From the NCBI GenBank assembly GCA_964535505.1, contig CAZHUH010000001.1, forward strand, positions 125,591-189,590: a stretch of 64,000 bases of DNA, written 5' to 3'. Shown here piece by piece: positions 18,641 through 28,756 of this stretch; the stretch's first letter is position 1; each line of letters begins with the position of its first letter. This DNA comes from an uncultured Oscillospiraceae bacterium (GTDB lineage Bacteria; Bacillota; Clostridia; Christensenellales; CAG-314). A program made the translations under genes and the position numbers. The notes beneath the pieces were generated by a model that searched no databases, was not told the DNA's origin, and worked only from the letters and a program-made list of their open reading frames with translations.

Positions 18641-20574
18641 TAGCCGATTAAGTCGTCAAATTGCTCTTCATTTATGATTTCAATGCCCAATGCCTTGGCT
18701 TTTGCCAGTTTGCTGCCGGCATCTTCGCCAGCCAAAACCAAATTTACCGATTTTGAAATTGTAGCCGACACTTCGCCACCCAAACTTTCGATAATTTTCG
18801 CCGCTTGGCTACGAGTGTATTTAGACAAACTTCCCGTAAGCACCACCTTTTTTCCGCTAAACGCCCCAAATGTTAGTGCTACGTGAAACTGCGGATCTAT
18901 TCCCAAAGCCTTAAGTTTGTCAATTATCTCGAGGTTTTGGCATTCGCGGAAATATTGGACTATACCCTCGGCAACCACTTCGCCCACACCGTCAATTGCG
19001 GTAAGTTGTTGTACAGTGGCGTTGCGAAGGTTATCCACACAGCCGCACACCGTTGCTAAATCTTTTGCGGTAACCGTACCGACGTTATCTAATCCCAACG
19101 CAAAAATAAACTGCGGCAAGGAAACGTTTTTGCTGTTTTCCAATGCTTCCACAACCTTTTGCGCCTTACGCTCTTTAAATCCTTCAAGGGTAAGGAGTTG
19201 TTCTTCGGTAAGGTCGTACAGATCCGCAACGGATTTCACATTGAGTTTGTCAACCAAAAGTTCAACGGTTTTGTCGCTCAAGCCGTCGATATCGCAGGCG
19301 TTTTTGCTGCAATAATGAGAAATTCGTGCCACAATTTGCGGACGGCAACTTTCGGCGTTAACACAATACAAATTTGCGCCCACCTCTTGCAACGCACATC
19401 CGCACGCCGGGCATACTTGCGGCTTTTCTATTTCTTCTCCGCCCTCCTCTGCTGCGCCCAGCACTTCGGGAATGACATCGTTACTTCTGCGAACAAACAC
19501 AAGTGCGTGCTTTTTTAGGCGTTTGCGCAAAATATCGCCAAAGTTGTTCAACGTGGCACGTCTGATTGTCGCTCCGCAAAGTTCCACAGCGTCCAATTTG
19601 CCAATTGGGGTAAGTTTTCCGGTTCGCCCAACTTGCCAATCGACATCCAAAAGTTCGGTGGTAACTTGTTCGGCATCGAATTTATACGCCACAGCCCATT
19701 TAGGAAATTTGTCCGTGTAGCCCAGTTGTTCACGAATGGCAAAATCATCCACTTTCACAACTACGCCGTCAATCAAAAAATCCAAATTGGGGCGCATTTC
19801 ACCTATTTTTTCGATAACACGCTTTACTTCCTCAAAAGTTTTTGCATGATCGAAAACAAAGTTAGTAAGCATGCCGTTGGATTTCAGAAACGCCACCAGT
19901 TCCGTCTGAGAACGCGCGGTAAGCCCTTCTTCATAACCATTGCTGTAAAAAACCACGTCCAAGTTGCGTTGCGCTGTGGTTTTTGGGTCCAAATTGCGAA
20001 TTGCGCCTGCCGCAGCATTTCGTGCATTTTTCAGCTGTTCATCGGGGTGTGTGTCGTTATATTTTTTTAGGGCAGAAAGTTTCATAATTCCTTCGCCCTG
20101 CAATTCGCAAACGCCGCCAAATGGGATGGCAAGCGGAACGGTTTTTATGGTTTTTACTTGTTCGGTAACATCCTCGCCTACTATGCCGTTTCCGCGAGTG
20201 CTTGCCCCAACGAAATTGCCATCGCGATACGTTACGTTTATGGCAAGTCCGTCGTACTTCAACTCAACTGTAAAATCCACTTCGCCGACGGCTTTGTTAA
20301 TTTTGTTCATCCAGTCGGCAAGTTCGCCAAAACTTTGCACTTTATCCAAACTGTAAAGTCTTTTCAAATGGCTGTGTTGAACGAAGTTTTTCAGCGGTTC
20401 GCCGCCAACACGCCTAGTCGGGCTATCCGGCAGAACAACGCCCGTTTGTTTTTCCAGCAAGACCAACCTGTCATAAAGAGCGTCGTACTCTGTGTCGGCA
20501 ACCGAAGGATTGTCCAAAACGTAGTATTGATACGCCCACTCATTAAGCTGATCCACCATTTCTCGCATTGTCAT
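18640..20574 (-). CDS. ligA: NAD-dependent DNA ligase
   Basis: 644 aa. Adenylation motif ELKYDG, Zn finger (CPACG...C), HhH and BRCT regions. Confidence 0.97.
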   Translation of the reverse strand: MTMREMVDQLNEWAYQYYVLDNPSVADTEYDALYDRLVLLEKQTGVVLPDSPTRRVGGEPLKNFVQHSHLKRLYSLDKVQSFGELADWMNKINKAVGEVDFTVELKYDGLAINVTYRDGNFVGASTRGNGIVGEDVTEQVKTIKTVPLAIPFGGVCELQGEGIMKLSALKKYNDTHPDEQLKNARNAAAGAIRNLDPKTTAQRNLDVVFYSNGYEEGLTARSQTELVAFLKSNGMLTNFVFDHAKTFEEVKRVIEKIGEMRPNLDFLIDGVVVKVDDFAIREQLGYTDKFPKWAVAYKFDAEQVTTELLDVDWQVGRTGKLTPIGKLDAVELCGATIRRATLNNFGDILRKRLKKHALVFVRRSNDVIPEVLGAAEEGGEEIEKPQVCPACGCALQEVGANLYCVNAESCRPQIVARISHYCSKNACDIDGLSDKTVELLVDKLNVKSVADLYDLTEEQLLTLEGFKERKAQKVVEALENSKNVSLPQFIFALGLDNVGTVTAKDLATVCGCVDNLRNATVQQLTAIDGVGEVVAEGIVQYFRECQNLEIIDKLKALGIDPQFHVALTFGAFSGKKVVLTGSLSKYTRSQAAKIIESLGGEVSATISKSVNLVLAGEDAGSKLAKAKALGIEIINEEQFDDLIG

Positions 20575-20586
20575 AGCAAATGTCCC

Positions 20587-22809
20587 CTATTTTATTATTT
20601 TTAAGGGCGCAAATTTCAAATTTAACGCCTTTTTGCCCATTTTGTCGAAGAAAATCTCTGCAACATCGCCGCTGATTCGTAAAATCATTCCTTGCCCGAA
20701 CGTTGTGTGCTCCACCTTTTGCCCCACCTTAAACTGCTTCAATTCCGACGAATTTTTCCCCGGATTGGGGGCGGCGGCAATGGGTTCCTTGTTTATAAGT
20801 TTGTCCAAATATCCGTTATCCGATAGCTGCATTTCCGTTGCGACAGGCCTCGGCGGTTGCAAAAACTTCTGTATTTCCGAAAAATACCTGCTAGGAAATT
20901 TTTGCTGACGTTCACCCCACATAAAACGTGAGTTGGCTCGTGTAAGAAAAAGTCTTTTTTCGGCACGCGTAGCGGCCACGTACATAAGCCGACGTTCCTC
21001 TTGCAGGGTTTCCGATTCGTAAGTGGAACGAGACGTTGGAAATATGCCTTCTTCCATGCCTACTACAAACACCGCCTTAAATTCCAAACCTTTTACGGCG
21101 TGAATTGTGGCAATTGTTATGTAATCGCCGTTATCCGCTTCGTCAATATCCGAAGCAAGGGAAACAGTTTGCAAATATTCCGACAAATTCGACGTTGGAT
21201 TGACGTTTTGAAATTCGTTTATGGATTCTTCGAATTCGTCCACGTTCAGCGCGCGGTCTTCATCCTCCGCTTCCTCATAAACTTTGCGAAACTCCAAAAT
21301 GTCCAACATTGTGTGAACAAACTGCTTCACTGAAAGCTTTTGCGCCAAATCGCACAAATCGGAATATATTGCGTAGAAATCCAAAAGCTTTTGACGCGTG
21401 GGTTTATTGAAAATTTCCAAATTGCGTTCGTCGGAAATTACGTCCACCAACGAAATGCCGTATTCGGCGGAAAGTCCGCGCAGTTTTGAAAGAGTTGTGT
21501 CGCCAATACCACGTCTTCTCGGCACGTTGATTGCGCGGAAAAACGCTTCGGAATCGTACTTGTTTACCACAAGACGCATGTAGCACAAGATGTCCTTTAT
21601 TTCTTTGCGATCGAAAAACTTAAACCCACCAAAAACTTTGTAGGGAAGACGTGCGTGCTGAAATTCTTGCTCGAAGTTGCGCGAAAGTGCATTCATACGC
21701 ATAAGCACGGCAAAATCGCGTAGATTGTAACCGCCGAAAGCCAAAAGTTCGCGAATTTGCTGACAAACCCAGTAAGCTTCGTCTTGTTCGTTATATGCTG
21801 TAAACAGTTGTGCTTTCAGTCCGTCGTCATTTTCCGTCCACAAAACCTTGTCGAATCTATCAGTGTTTTTGGAAATAATTTGGTTGGCAACCTCCAAAAT
21901 GCGTTTGGTGGAACGATAGTTTTGTTCCAACTTGAAAATTTGACAGCCGTCAAAATCGCGAGAAAATTTCAAAAGGTTGCGCGAATCGGCGCCGCGCCAA
22001 CTGTAAATTGATTGGTCGTCATCGCCCACAACAAAAATGTTGCCGTATTTTTCTCCCAACATTTTGAAAATTTGATATTGCACTTTGTTGGTATCTTGAA
22101 ATTCGTCTATCAAAATGAATTTGTAACGTTCGCGATACTTTTCCAAAATTTGCGGCACATGCGAAAACAGTTTGTGCACGTAATAAAGCAAATCGTCAAA
22201 ATCCAATGCGTTGTTTTCCGCCATCTTGGCGTTGTATTCGTCAATTATTTTCAGCAATTCTTCTTGCGAAGAGGCTTGTGCGGCGTGTTGCATTTTTTCC
22301 AATTCAGCCAAAAGATATTCGTCGACAATTTGCTGTTCGGAAAGTTTGCTGTCCAAAAGTTCGGGCACATTGTTTTTCAAATCGGAAATGCCGTCGCAAA
22401 GGTCATCCACCACCTTTGTGTCGGAGCCGTCAGTTAAATCCTTGACAATTTTTTTTATAAGACCTTTCTTTTCGTCCTCGGTGTAGATGGAAAAGTTGCT
22501 GTTTCTATCCAAAGCCGAAGCTTCCAAACGTAACACACTTGCACAAAACGAGTGTATTGTGGAAATATGCATAAACTGAGCATTGCAGTCAAAATCGAAC
22601 AGCCTACGTTTCATCTCGTTGGCTGCCTTATTGGTAAAAGTTATGGCAAGAATTTCCGATGGATTTACACCGCATTCCTGCACCAAATATAATATTCTAT
22701 TGGTAAGCACACGTGTTTTGCCGGAGCCTGCACCTGCCAAAACCAACGTGGGTTTTAATGGAGCAGTTACGGCGGCTCGTTGTGCATCGTTCAGTTTTTG
22801 TAAATTCAA
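20587..22809 (-). CDS. pcrA: ATP-dependent DNA helicase PcrA/UvrD (SF1)
   Basis: 740 aa. Walker A AGAGSGKT, DEFQDT, other UvrD-family motifs and a C-terminal Tudor-like tail. Confidence 0.93.
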   Translation of the reverse strand: MNLQKLNDAQRAAVTAPLKPTLVLAGAGSGKTRVLTNRILYLVQECGVNPSEILAITFTNKAANEMKRRLFDFDCNAQFMHISTIHSFCASVLRLEASALDRNSNFSIYTEDEKKGLIKKIVKDLTDGSDTKVVDDLCDGISDLKNNVPELLDSKLSEQQIVDEYLLAELEKMQHAAQASSQEELLKIIDEYNAKMAENNALDFDDLLYYVHKLFSHVPQILEKYRERYKFILIDEFQDTNKVQYQIFKMLGEKYGNIFVVGDDDQSIYSWRGADSRNLLKFSRDFDGCQIFKLEQNYRSTKRILEVANQIISKNTDRFDKVLWTENDDGLKAQLFTAYNEQDEAYWVCQQIRELLAFGGYNLRDFAVLMRMNALSRNFEQEFQHARLPYKVFGGFKFFDRKEIKDILCYMRLVVNKYDSEAFFRAINVPRRRGIGDTTLSKLRGLSAEYGISLVDVISDERNLEIFNKPTRQKLLDFYAIYSDLCDLAQKLSVKQFVHTMLDILEFRKVYEEAEDEDRALNVDEFEESINEFQNVNPTSNLSEYLQTVSLASDIDEADNGDYITIATIHAVKGLEFKAVFVVGMEEGIFPTSRSTYESETLQEERRLMYVAATRAEKRLFLTRANSRFMWGERQQKFPSRYFSEIQKFLQPPRPVATEMQLSDNGYLDKLINKEPIAAAPNPGKNSSELKQFKVGQKVEHTTFGQGMILRISGDVAEIFFDKMGKKALNLKFAPLKIIK

Positions 22810-23015
22810 TTTTTTCTCCGTCTATATTCCAAATTACCTGGAAATTATTTTGCATTGAATCTGCAGCTGAAACAGTTTGTTAATCTGTTTTCGAAAACTG
22901 TTTTCCAAAAGTGTTTGCATTATTGCTTTCATCAAACAAATTCAAGCACACTTTTCCGCAAAATTAATAATTTACTTTTGCCGAAAAGCCTAAATTTGAA
23001 AAATTTGTTTGCAAA

Positions 23016-23654
23016 CTACTTTTTGGAAGGTTTTCTGCGAGTTAGCGTGGCCTTTTTGATATCAACATCCACACCTTTGCCGTGTTTCGCAATAAATTTG
23101 CGTTGTGCCGCAAAACCGAAACGCCCAAGGTGCTTGCCGGTTGCATAGTATTCGCCATGCTGATAGTTTACCAAATGCGCAAGTGCGAAGTCGATTTTGC
23201 CATCTTCCGTAACGATGTCGCTGTTGGCATGAACCGCCAAAACGTCGGCCAAAAACATATCGTGCGAGCCTAAATTCAAAACATCAAACACTTTGCACTC
23301 CAAATTGACAGGCGATTGCTCTATCATCGGCGCCGAAACATACGTTGCGGCACACTTGTTCAATTTCATTTCCGCAAACTTATCCTCATCGCGACCGCTG
23401 CGAATACCGCAATAATCGCAACTTGCCAACAAATTTTCCGAAGTAAGATTTATCACAAACTCTCCGCGTTCTTTTAAAATGTCGTAAGAAAATCTGTCGT
23501 GCCTTATGGAAACATAAACGCGCGGCGGATAAGAGCAAACAACTCCCGTCCAAGCAACTGTTATGATATTTGATTCTTCCATCGTTCCAACCGAAACCAT
23601 AACGGCGGGTAACGGAGCAAGCAAAGTTCCGGCTTTTATTTCCATTTTAGACAT
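23016..23654 (-). CDS. Flavin reductase-like (FMN-binding split-barrel) protein
   Basis: 212 aa. The N-terminal pattern LLAPLPAVMVSVGT...NIITVAWTG is typical of the flavin reductase-like domain. Basic C-terminal tail. Confidence 0.75.
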   Translation of the reverse strand: MSKMEIKAGTLLAPLPAVMVSVGTMEESNIITVAWTGVVCSYPPRVYVSIRHDRFSYDILKERGEFVINLTSENLLASCDYCGIRSGRDEDKFAEMKLNKCAATYVSAPMIEQSPVNLECKVFDVLNLGSHDMFLADVLAVHANSDIVTEDGKIDFALAHLVNYQHGEYYATGKHLGRFGFAAQRKFIAKHGKGVDVDIKKATLTRRKPSKK

Positions 23655-24020
23655 ATAAGATCAAACCTCCCTAAATAATAATTACCTCAGATACCTGAAA
23701 ATTTACAACGGCGTTCAACGCTCGCAGATTTCCAACTACGACAACGCACACGCCAAAGCAACATTCTTTAGAAGAACGCTACAACCGACTTACTCTGCTA
23801 CGCAGAAATAACGCCAACACGCAAAGCATATAAACGCGCGCCCAAATTGCGAAAAATACAGCAGATTTCCATACGTTCGAAATGAGCACATTGAAAAACG
23901 TTTCCGTCCACCTTAAATAGAGGCGCAATACAGCACTAAAAGGCATTTTTTAAGTTTTTGCAGACAAAAAATTTTGCGAAAAAAAGCAAAATAATTTGCA
24001 AAATTCTGTTAAAAATGCTT

Positions 24021-24641
24021 TTAGACAACAAAATGACAAAGCAACCGTTCTTGCACGCAAGTTTCTGCCTTCCCCAATGTATTTTCTGATACTATGTCTA
24101 AAATAGTATTCAACAAAATGCTAGGGAACAAGAATACTATGTTAACTTTGGCATCGTAAACCACCGATTCTTCTTTAGCAATGCATTGCAATGCCCTACG
24201 CAGGGGCTTCAACAGCGAATAATCCACCACGACAAGCAGGCGTACGCAATCGGTCATACGCAGTTTTTCGCACCGCTTCAAAACTTCGGCGCAACTGTCG
24301 CTGTAAGCACGTATAAGCCCACCGGCGCCTAATTTTACGCCGCCAAAGTAGCGAGTTACCACAACGCACAATCTGTCAAGCCCGTTGTTTTTGATACATT
24401 CGAAAATGGGCATGCCTGCAGTGCCTTGCGGTTCTCCGTCATCGCTGAATTTTGCTTTGTCGCCTACGATATAGCCATAGCAACTGTGCGTGGCGTCAAA
24501 ATATTGCTTGCGCTTGGTGTTCACAAAATTCATTGCCTCTTCTACACTTTCGGTATGAATTGCGGAAGCAATAAACCGAGATTTTTCAATCACGATTTCG
24601 CAAACAACTTCTTTTGAATCTATCGTAGTATATTCTTTCAT
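24021..24641 (-). CDS. yigZ: YigZ/IMPACT-family protein
   Basis: 206 aa. EKSRFIA...ATHSCYGY...DDGEPQGTAG signature. The last ~30 codons run through a REP-like element. Confidence 0.8.
   Translation of the reverse strand: MKEYTTIDSKEVVCEIVIEKSRFIASAIHTESVEEAMNFVNTKRKQYFDATHSCYGYIVGDKAKFSDDGEPQGTAGMPIFECIKNNGLDRLCVVVTRYFGGVKLGAGGLIRAYSDSCAEVLKRCEKLRMTDCVRLLVVVDYSLLKPLRRALQCIAKEESVVYDAKVNIVFLFPSILLNTILDIVSENTLGKAETCVQERLLCHFVV
24089..24140 (+). repeat. REP-like element, copy 3, inside the yigZ 3' coding end
   Basis: ATACTATGTCTAAAATAGTATTC at 24089-24111, with an inverted partner GAATACTAT at 24132-24140. Confidence 0.7.
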
Positions 24642-24644
24642 AAC

Positions 24645-25853
24645 TCACTTTGCAATTGTAACTTTTAAGTGCACTTTTTTGCCCTTGTGCAGCACGAATT
24701 CGCCCTTGTTCAAAATTTCTTGCGGCACATTCCACGAAAATTCCGTGATTTTTTCATCGTTTACCGAAACGCCGCCTCCTTCCACAAGTCTACGTGCTTC
24801 GCCATTGGATTTGCATAAACCGCATTTTACCAAAACATCGACGATGTTGGTAGGCGCAGCAATTTCCACTGATGGCATATTATCCGCATCTTGCGAAAAT
24901 GCCGCCTTAACTTGTTTAAACACTTGGTCGGCAATTTCCTTGCCGTGCACTATTGCCGTTACTTCGTAAGCCAAACGTTCTTTTGCAATGTTCATACGCT
25001 CGTCGTTGTACGCACAAAGTTCGGCAATTTCTTCAAGAGGCATGAATGTCAACAACTTCATACAAGTTTCCACACGATCATCTTCCACGTTTCGCCAATA
25101 TTGGAAAAAGTCGTAAGGTGAAGTTTTTTCAGGATCAAGCCATACGGCGCCTTTTGCCGTTTTGCCCATCTTCTTGCCATCGGAGGTAGTCAGCAACGAA
25201 AATGTTGCCGCATAAGCGACCTTTTGCTCTTTTCTGCGTACCAAATCGGCACCGGCAAGCATATTGCTCCACTGGTCGTCGCCGCCCAATTCCAACACAC
25301 AGCCGTACTTTTTGTTCAAATACAAAAAGTCGTAGGCCTGCATAAGCATGTAGTTAAATTCCAAAAAAGTAAGCCCTTTTTCCAAACGCTGTTTGTAGCA
25401 TTCGGCGGTCAGCATTTTGTTTACCGAAAAACACGCTCCGACATCGCGCAAAAAATCAATGTAATTCAATTCGCACAGCCAGTCGGCGTTGTTTTCGAAA
25501 ATAACTTTGCCGTCGGAAACGTCAATAAAGTGCGACATTTGAGTTTTGAAACATTCTACGTTGTGCGCAATGGTTTCCTTGGTCATCATTTTGCGCATAT
25601 CCGTGCGCCCCGTAGGATCGCCCACCATTGCTGTGCCGCCACCGATAAGCACGATAGGTCTGTGCCCGGCGCGTTGCATGTGCGCCATTGCCATAAGCGT
25701 TACAAAGTGCCCGGCCGTCAAACTGTCGGCAGTTGGATCATAGCCAATGTAGAAGGTGACTTTTTCTTTGTCCAACAATTCGTACAATTCGTCTTCGAAA
25801 ACCGTTTGCTTCAAAAATCCGCGCTCTTTTAGAACGTCCAAAACATTTTTCAT
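24645..25853 (-). CDS. tyrS: Tyrosine--tRNA ligase
   Basis: 402 aa. HIGH-type motif (TAGHF), KMGKT (KMSKS) motif, C-terminal S4 domain. Confidence 0.97.
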   Translation of the reverse strand: MKNVLDVLKERGFLKQTVFEDELYELLDKEKVTFYIGYDPTADSLTAGHFVTLMAMAHMQRAGHRPIVLIGGGTAMVGDPTGRTDMRKMMTKETIAHNVECFKTQMSHFIDVSDGKVIFENNADWLCELNYIDFLRDVGACFSVNKMLTAECYKQRLEKGLTFLEFNYMLMQAYDFLYLNKKYGCVLELGGDDQWSNMLAGADLVRRKEQKVAYAATFSLLTTSDGKKMGKTAKGAVWLDPEKTSPYDFFQYWRNVEDDRVETCMKLLTFMPLEEIAELCAYNDERMNIAKERLAYEVTAIVHGKEIADQVFKQVKAAFSQDADNMPSVEIAAPTNIVDVLVKCGLCKSNGEARRLVEGGGVSVNDEKITEFSWNVPQEILNKGEFVLHKGKKVHLKVTIAK

Positions 25854-26025
25854 ACTTACTCCTTAAATCATTCTTCTTACTTAAAACTTTCTTTATTATC
25901 TATTTTTTTCGCACAATTTGCCTCATTTTTCAAGCAAATTTCACACTTGTTTTTGAAATATTAGCCGCTGTTTTAGAAATCAATTGCCAATATTTTCAAG
26001 CGTATTCCATACATTTCGTCTTCGT

Positions 26026-27702
26026 TTAGGTTTCTATTTGGGCAAACAGTTTGGCGGCTTTGCTCACCATAATTTTGTAGCAAACAACGGAAAACACCGC
26101 GCACAATGCCACAACAACAAACCACATCAACAGCAACACAAACCAATGACGCACAACAAGTGCATATAGCAGAATAAATGCCGTGAAAACCGCACCGATA
26201 ACAAGCGCGCACAGCAGCCCGATAAGCATAGCCATAAAACTGTTTTTGCTGTTTTTCAAACTTTGGCTAAAATTAGACCACCCAAGTTTTGGCGACGACA
26301 AATCCATTAGCGTTGTGATACACATCGCACCGAAACTCAAAAGCGCCATAACAAGCATCATCGCTACACCACAGTACCAAGGAATTTTGAAGAAAATAAC
26401 CGCCATAATGCATATTACAAAATTGCTTGCCAACATAAGCGCCGTCGCCAACACCACCTTTGCAAAAAGAATTTTATCAAAAGGCACAGGCAAACTTTTC
26501 ATCAAGTAAAGCGAATTGTTTTCGCGCGAAATGGGATAAAGCCCCAAAACGTTGCATCCTATCCCCAACATCGACATATATGCGACCAAAATTGCCGGCG
26601 CAATAACGTAGTACATTGGTTCGGCAAACAACTTGCTCATATTTTCGCCCATAGATAGCGACAGCATAACAATCACAAGGGGCATAATAATCAGCGTGGC
26701 ACACACCTGAAATCCCATTTGACTGTTTCGCAAAACGCGCTTAAAATCGGTTACAACCAATTCGCACACAACGCCTTTGTTGGTAATTTGTAAATGCTGT
26801 TCCGCACCGCGATGTTTTTTGCTTCCACCGCTTTCCTGCGATGCAAGCAAAATCCAACGATAAAATGGCAACGAAACCAAAACAACCAATCCAAACAATG
26901 CAGCATTTTCTGCCATAGCAACCAAAAAAGCAATCCACCAACTATTCCACGTTGTTACCGTCATTGCCGTTGCAAGCATCGTATCGGGGTGAACGTACAC
27001 CATTCTTTGGCCGATTCGTCTTAGTTGCTCCGCGATGTTTTGCAGCATTTCCGCATCAGTTTGTTCTTCGCCGGAGCCGCCGGAACCGGACGATATCAAC
27101 GCGAGATACAACACAAAAAATGCCGCAAACATCAAAACTTGAATTATTGTTTTAACTGTGTTGTTTGATTTGAACTTTGTAAGCAATGCCGAAATGGGCA
27201 TAGCAATCAAACAACCTAACAACAACGGCAACAAAGGAATTACCAAAATTGTTATCGGCAACATCAAAAAGAAACTTGCCGTTGCACCTGCGCCAATGCC
27301 GAAAGGCAAAAGCAAAACCAATGTTGCCAATGCCGAAGTTAGCGTTTCGTTTATGTAAACCACCGTCAACCGCGCCAAAAATATGGTGGTTGCTTTAATA
27401 GGTAGGAAAAGCAAGCGGTCGGAATCGGCGCCGTTAAATATGTTTGTTACAATAGAAAGGATACCGAATATCAACACAAAGCCTTGACATATTAAAATAA
27501 GCATTGCCAAAACGCCCGTATCGCTTCCAACAACCGTGCCTATGGAATAGCTGCCCACACAAACGGATACAATCAGTGGCAAAAAGCAAACCGCCAAAAC
27601 AACGTATATGGCAATTTTGCTACTGCGTTTTTTGCCTGCGTTTGGTTTTATTTTGTATTGTTGCGAAAACAACAATTTTACCAAAGCCAAAAACTGTTTC
27701 AT
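26026..27702 (-). CDS. Polytopic membrane permease of an ABC exporter (ABC-2-like, uncharacterised)
   Basis: ~558 aa after moving the start to ATG 27702 (MKQFLALV), just after the ATPase stop. At least 12 hydrophobic segments. Translationally adjacent to an ABC ATPase. Confidence 0.6.
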   Translation of the reverse strand: MKQFLALVKLLFSQQYKIKPNAGKKRSSKIAIYVVLAVCFLPLIVSVCVGSYSIGTVVGSDTGVLAMLILICQGFVLIFGILSIVTNIFNGADSDRLLFLPIKATTIFLARLTVVYINETLTSALATLVLLLPFGIGAGATASFFLMLPITILVIPLLPLLLGCLIAMPISALLTKFKSNNTVKTIIQVLMFAAFFVLYLALISSGSGGSGEEQTDAEMLQNIAEQLRRIGQRMVYVHPDTMLATAMTVTTWNSWWIAFLVAMAENAALFGLVVLVSLPFYRWILLASQESGGSKKHRGAEQHLQITNKGVVCELVVTDFKRVLRNSQMGFQVCATLIIMPLVIVMLSLSMGENMSKLFAEPMYYVIAPAILVAYMSMLGIGCNVLGLYPISRENNSLYLMKSLPVPFDKILFAKVVLATALMLASNFVICIMAVIFFKIPWYCGVAMMLVMALLSFGAMCITTLMDLSSPKLGWSNFSQSLKNSKNSFMAMLIGLLCALVIGAVFTAFILLYALVVRHWFVLLLMWFVVVALCAVFSVVCYKIMVSKAAKLFAQIET

Positions 27703-27709
27703 ATCGTAC

Positions 27710-28456
27710 CTACTTTTCCGCTTCGGAGAGATCGTGCTTGTCGTTTGTGATAGTGAGGAAAATGCTTTCCAGCGAAACGTTGCTATCGGCACGAATGTTA
27801 TCCAGAGTGTCCACGGCAACCAATTCGCCGTGATTAATTATGCCAATGCGGTCACATACTTTTTCCACCACGTCGATAACGTGCGAACTGAAAAACACGG
27901 TGTTGCCTTCGTCTGCATACTTGCGCATAAGTTGTTTGAGGCGAAACGCCGATTGCGGATCCAACCCGGTTAGCGGCTCGTCCAAAATCCAAACTTTGGG
28001 TTGGTGAATAAGTGCCGCAATAATCATTAGTTTTTGCTTCATTCCATGCGAATAGGAAGAGATCATGTCGGGCAATGCACTTTTCAATTCAAACGCCTCG
28101 GCATATTCTTCAATGCGTTGTTTCAACACAATGCTTTCCACGTTGTACATCGTTCCAATGAAGTTTAGATACTCTATGCCCTTCAATGTTTCGTAGGCAT
28201 CGTGGTTATCGGGAACGAAACCGATAAGGCTTTTTACACCAATGGGATTTTCCGCCATATTTATTCCGTTCACTTCTATTGTGCCGCAATCTGGGGTCAA
28301 AATGCCTGTTATCATTTTTATTGTTGTGGATTTTCCCGCACCGTTAGGTCCCAAAAAACCGAAAATTTCACCATCGCGAATTTCCAATGTAAGATTTTTT
28401 ACCGCCATCGAGTCTGATTTTGCGTAAGTTTTTGATACGTTGCTTAGTTTAATCAT
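27710..28456 (-). CDS. ABC transporter ATP-binding protein
   Basis: 248 aa. Walker A GPNGAGKST, signature YSHGMKQK, Walker B ILDEP. Confidence 0.9.
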   Translation of the reverse strand: MIKLSNVSKTYAKSDSMAVKNLTLEIRDGEIFGFLGPNGAGKSTTIKMITGILTPDCGTIEVNGINMAENPIGVKSLIGFVPDNHDAYETLKGIEYLNFIGTMYNVESIVLKQRIEEYAEAFELKSALPDMISSYSHGMKQKLMIIAALIHQPKVWILDEPLTGLDPQSAFRLKQLMRKYADEGNTVFFSSHVIDVVEKVCDRIGIINHGELVAVDTLDNIRADSNVSLESIFLTITNDKHDLSEAEK

Positions 28457-28525
28457 CGTTACTCCTTGTGTTTATTAAGAAATAGCCGCATTGCGCCTAA
28501 TGGAAGAAATTTCGTTTAACAGGCT

Positions 28526-28548
28526 ACTATGTCAGAAATAGTATACTG
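28526..28548 (+). repeat. REP-like intergenic element, copy 4 (short form)
   Basis: ACTATGTCAGAAATAGTATACTGC. Confidence 0.75.
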
Positions 28549-28590
28549 CGAAAGGCTCAATTTGTAGAGCAATTGCCCTATTTTGTCATT

Positions 28591-28750
28591 TCAAAGAGCT
28601 TTCTCTCAACAGCCAAAAGACCTTTTGCAAAGTGGTTTAAAAGAGCTTTTGCAATGGTAAAAGAACATGTTGCAAAGAAAACCGACATCTTTGTTACTGT
28701 AAAAGAACTCTTTCCAAGGCAAAAATAACTCTTATGCAAAGTGAAAAGCT
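28591..28750. repeat. Degenerate ~21-23-bp tandem array with phased A-tracts
   Basis: (C/T)AAAAGA(G/A)C-like units begin near 28591, 28613, 28638, 28658, 28676, 28699, 28720 and 28741, interleaved with TTGCAAAG. Confidence 0.55.
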
Positions 28751-28756
28751 TAGCTG

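Noticed and set aside
23655-24020. Riboswitch (for example FMN) in the 365-nt leader of the flavin reductase gene.
   Set aside because: No FMN or other aptamer consensus, and no terminator/antiterminator pair. There are only short repeats (GCAGATTTCCA twice) and an 11-bp palindrome (GCGTTGAACGC).
25854-26025. Expected a Tyr T-box leader upstream of tyrS.
   Set aside because: The spacer is only ~170 nt. I could find no T-box sequence (AAnnnGGGTGGTACCGCG-like), specifier-loop architecture or leader terminator.
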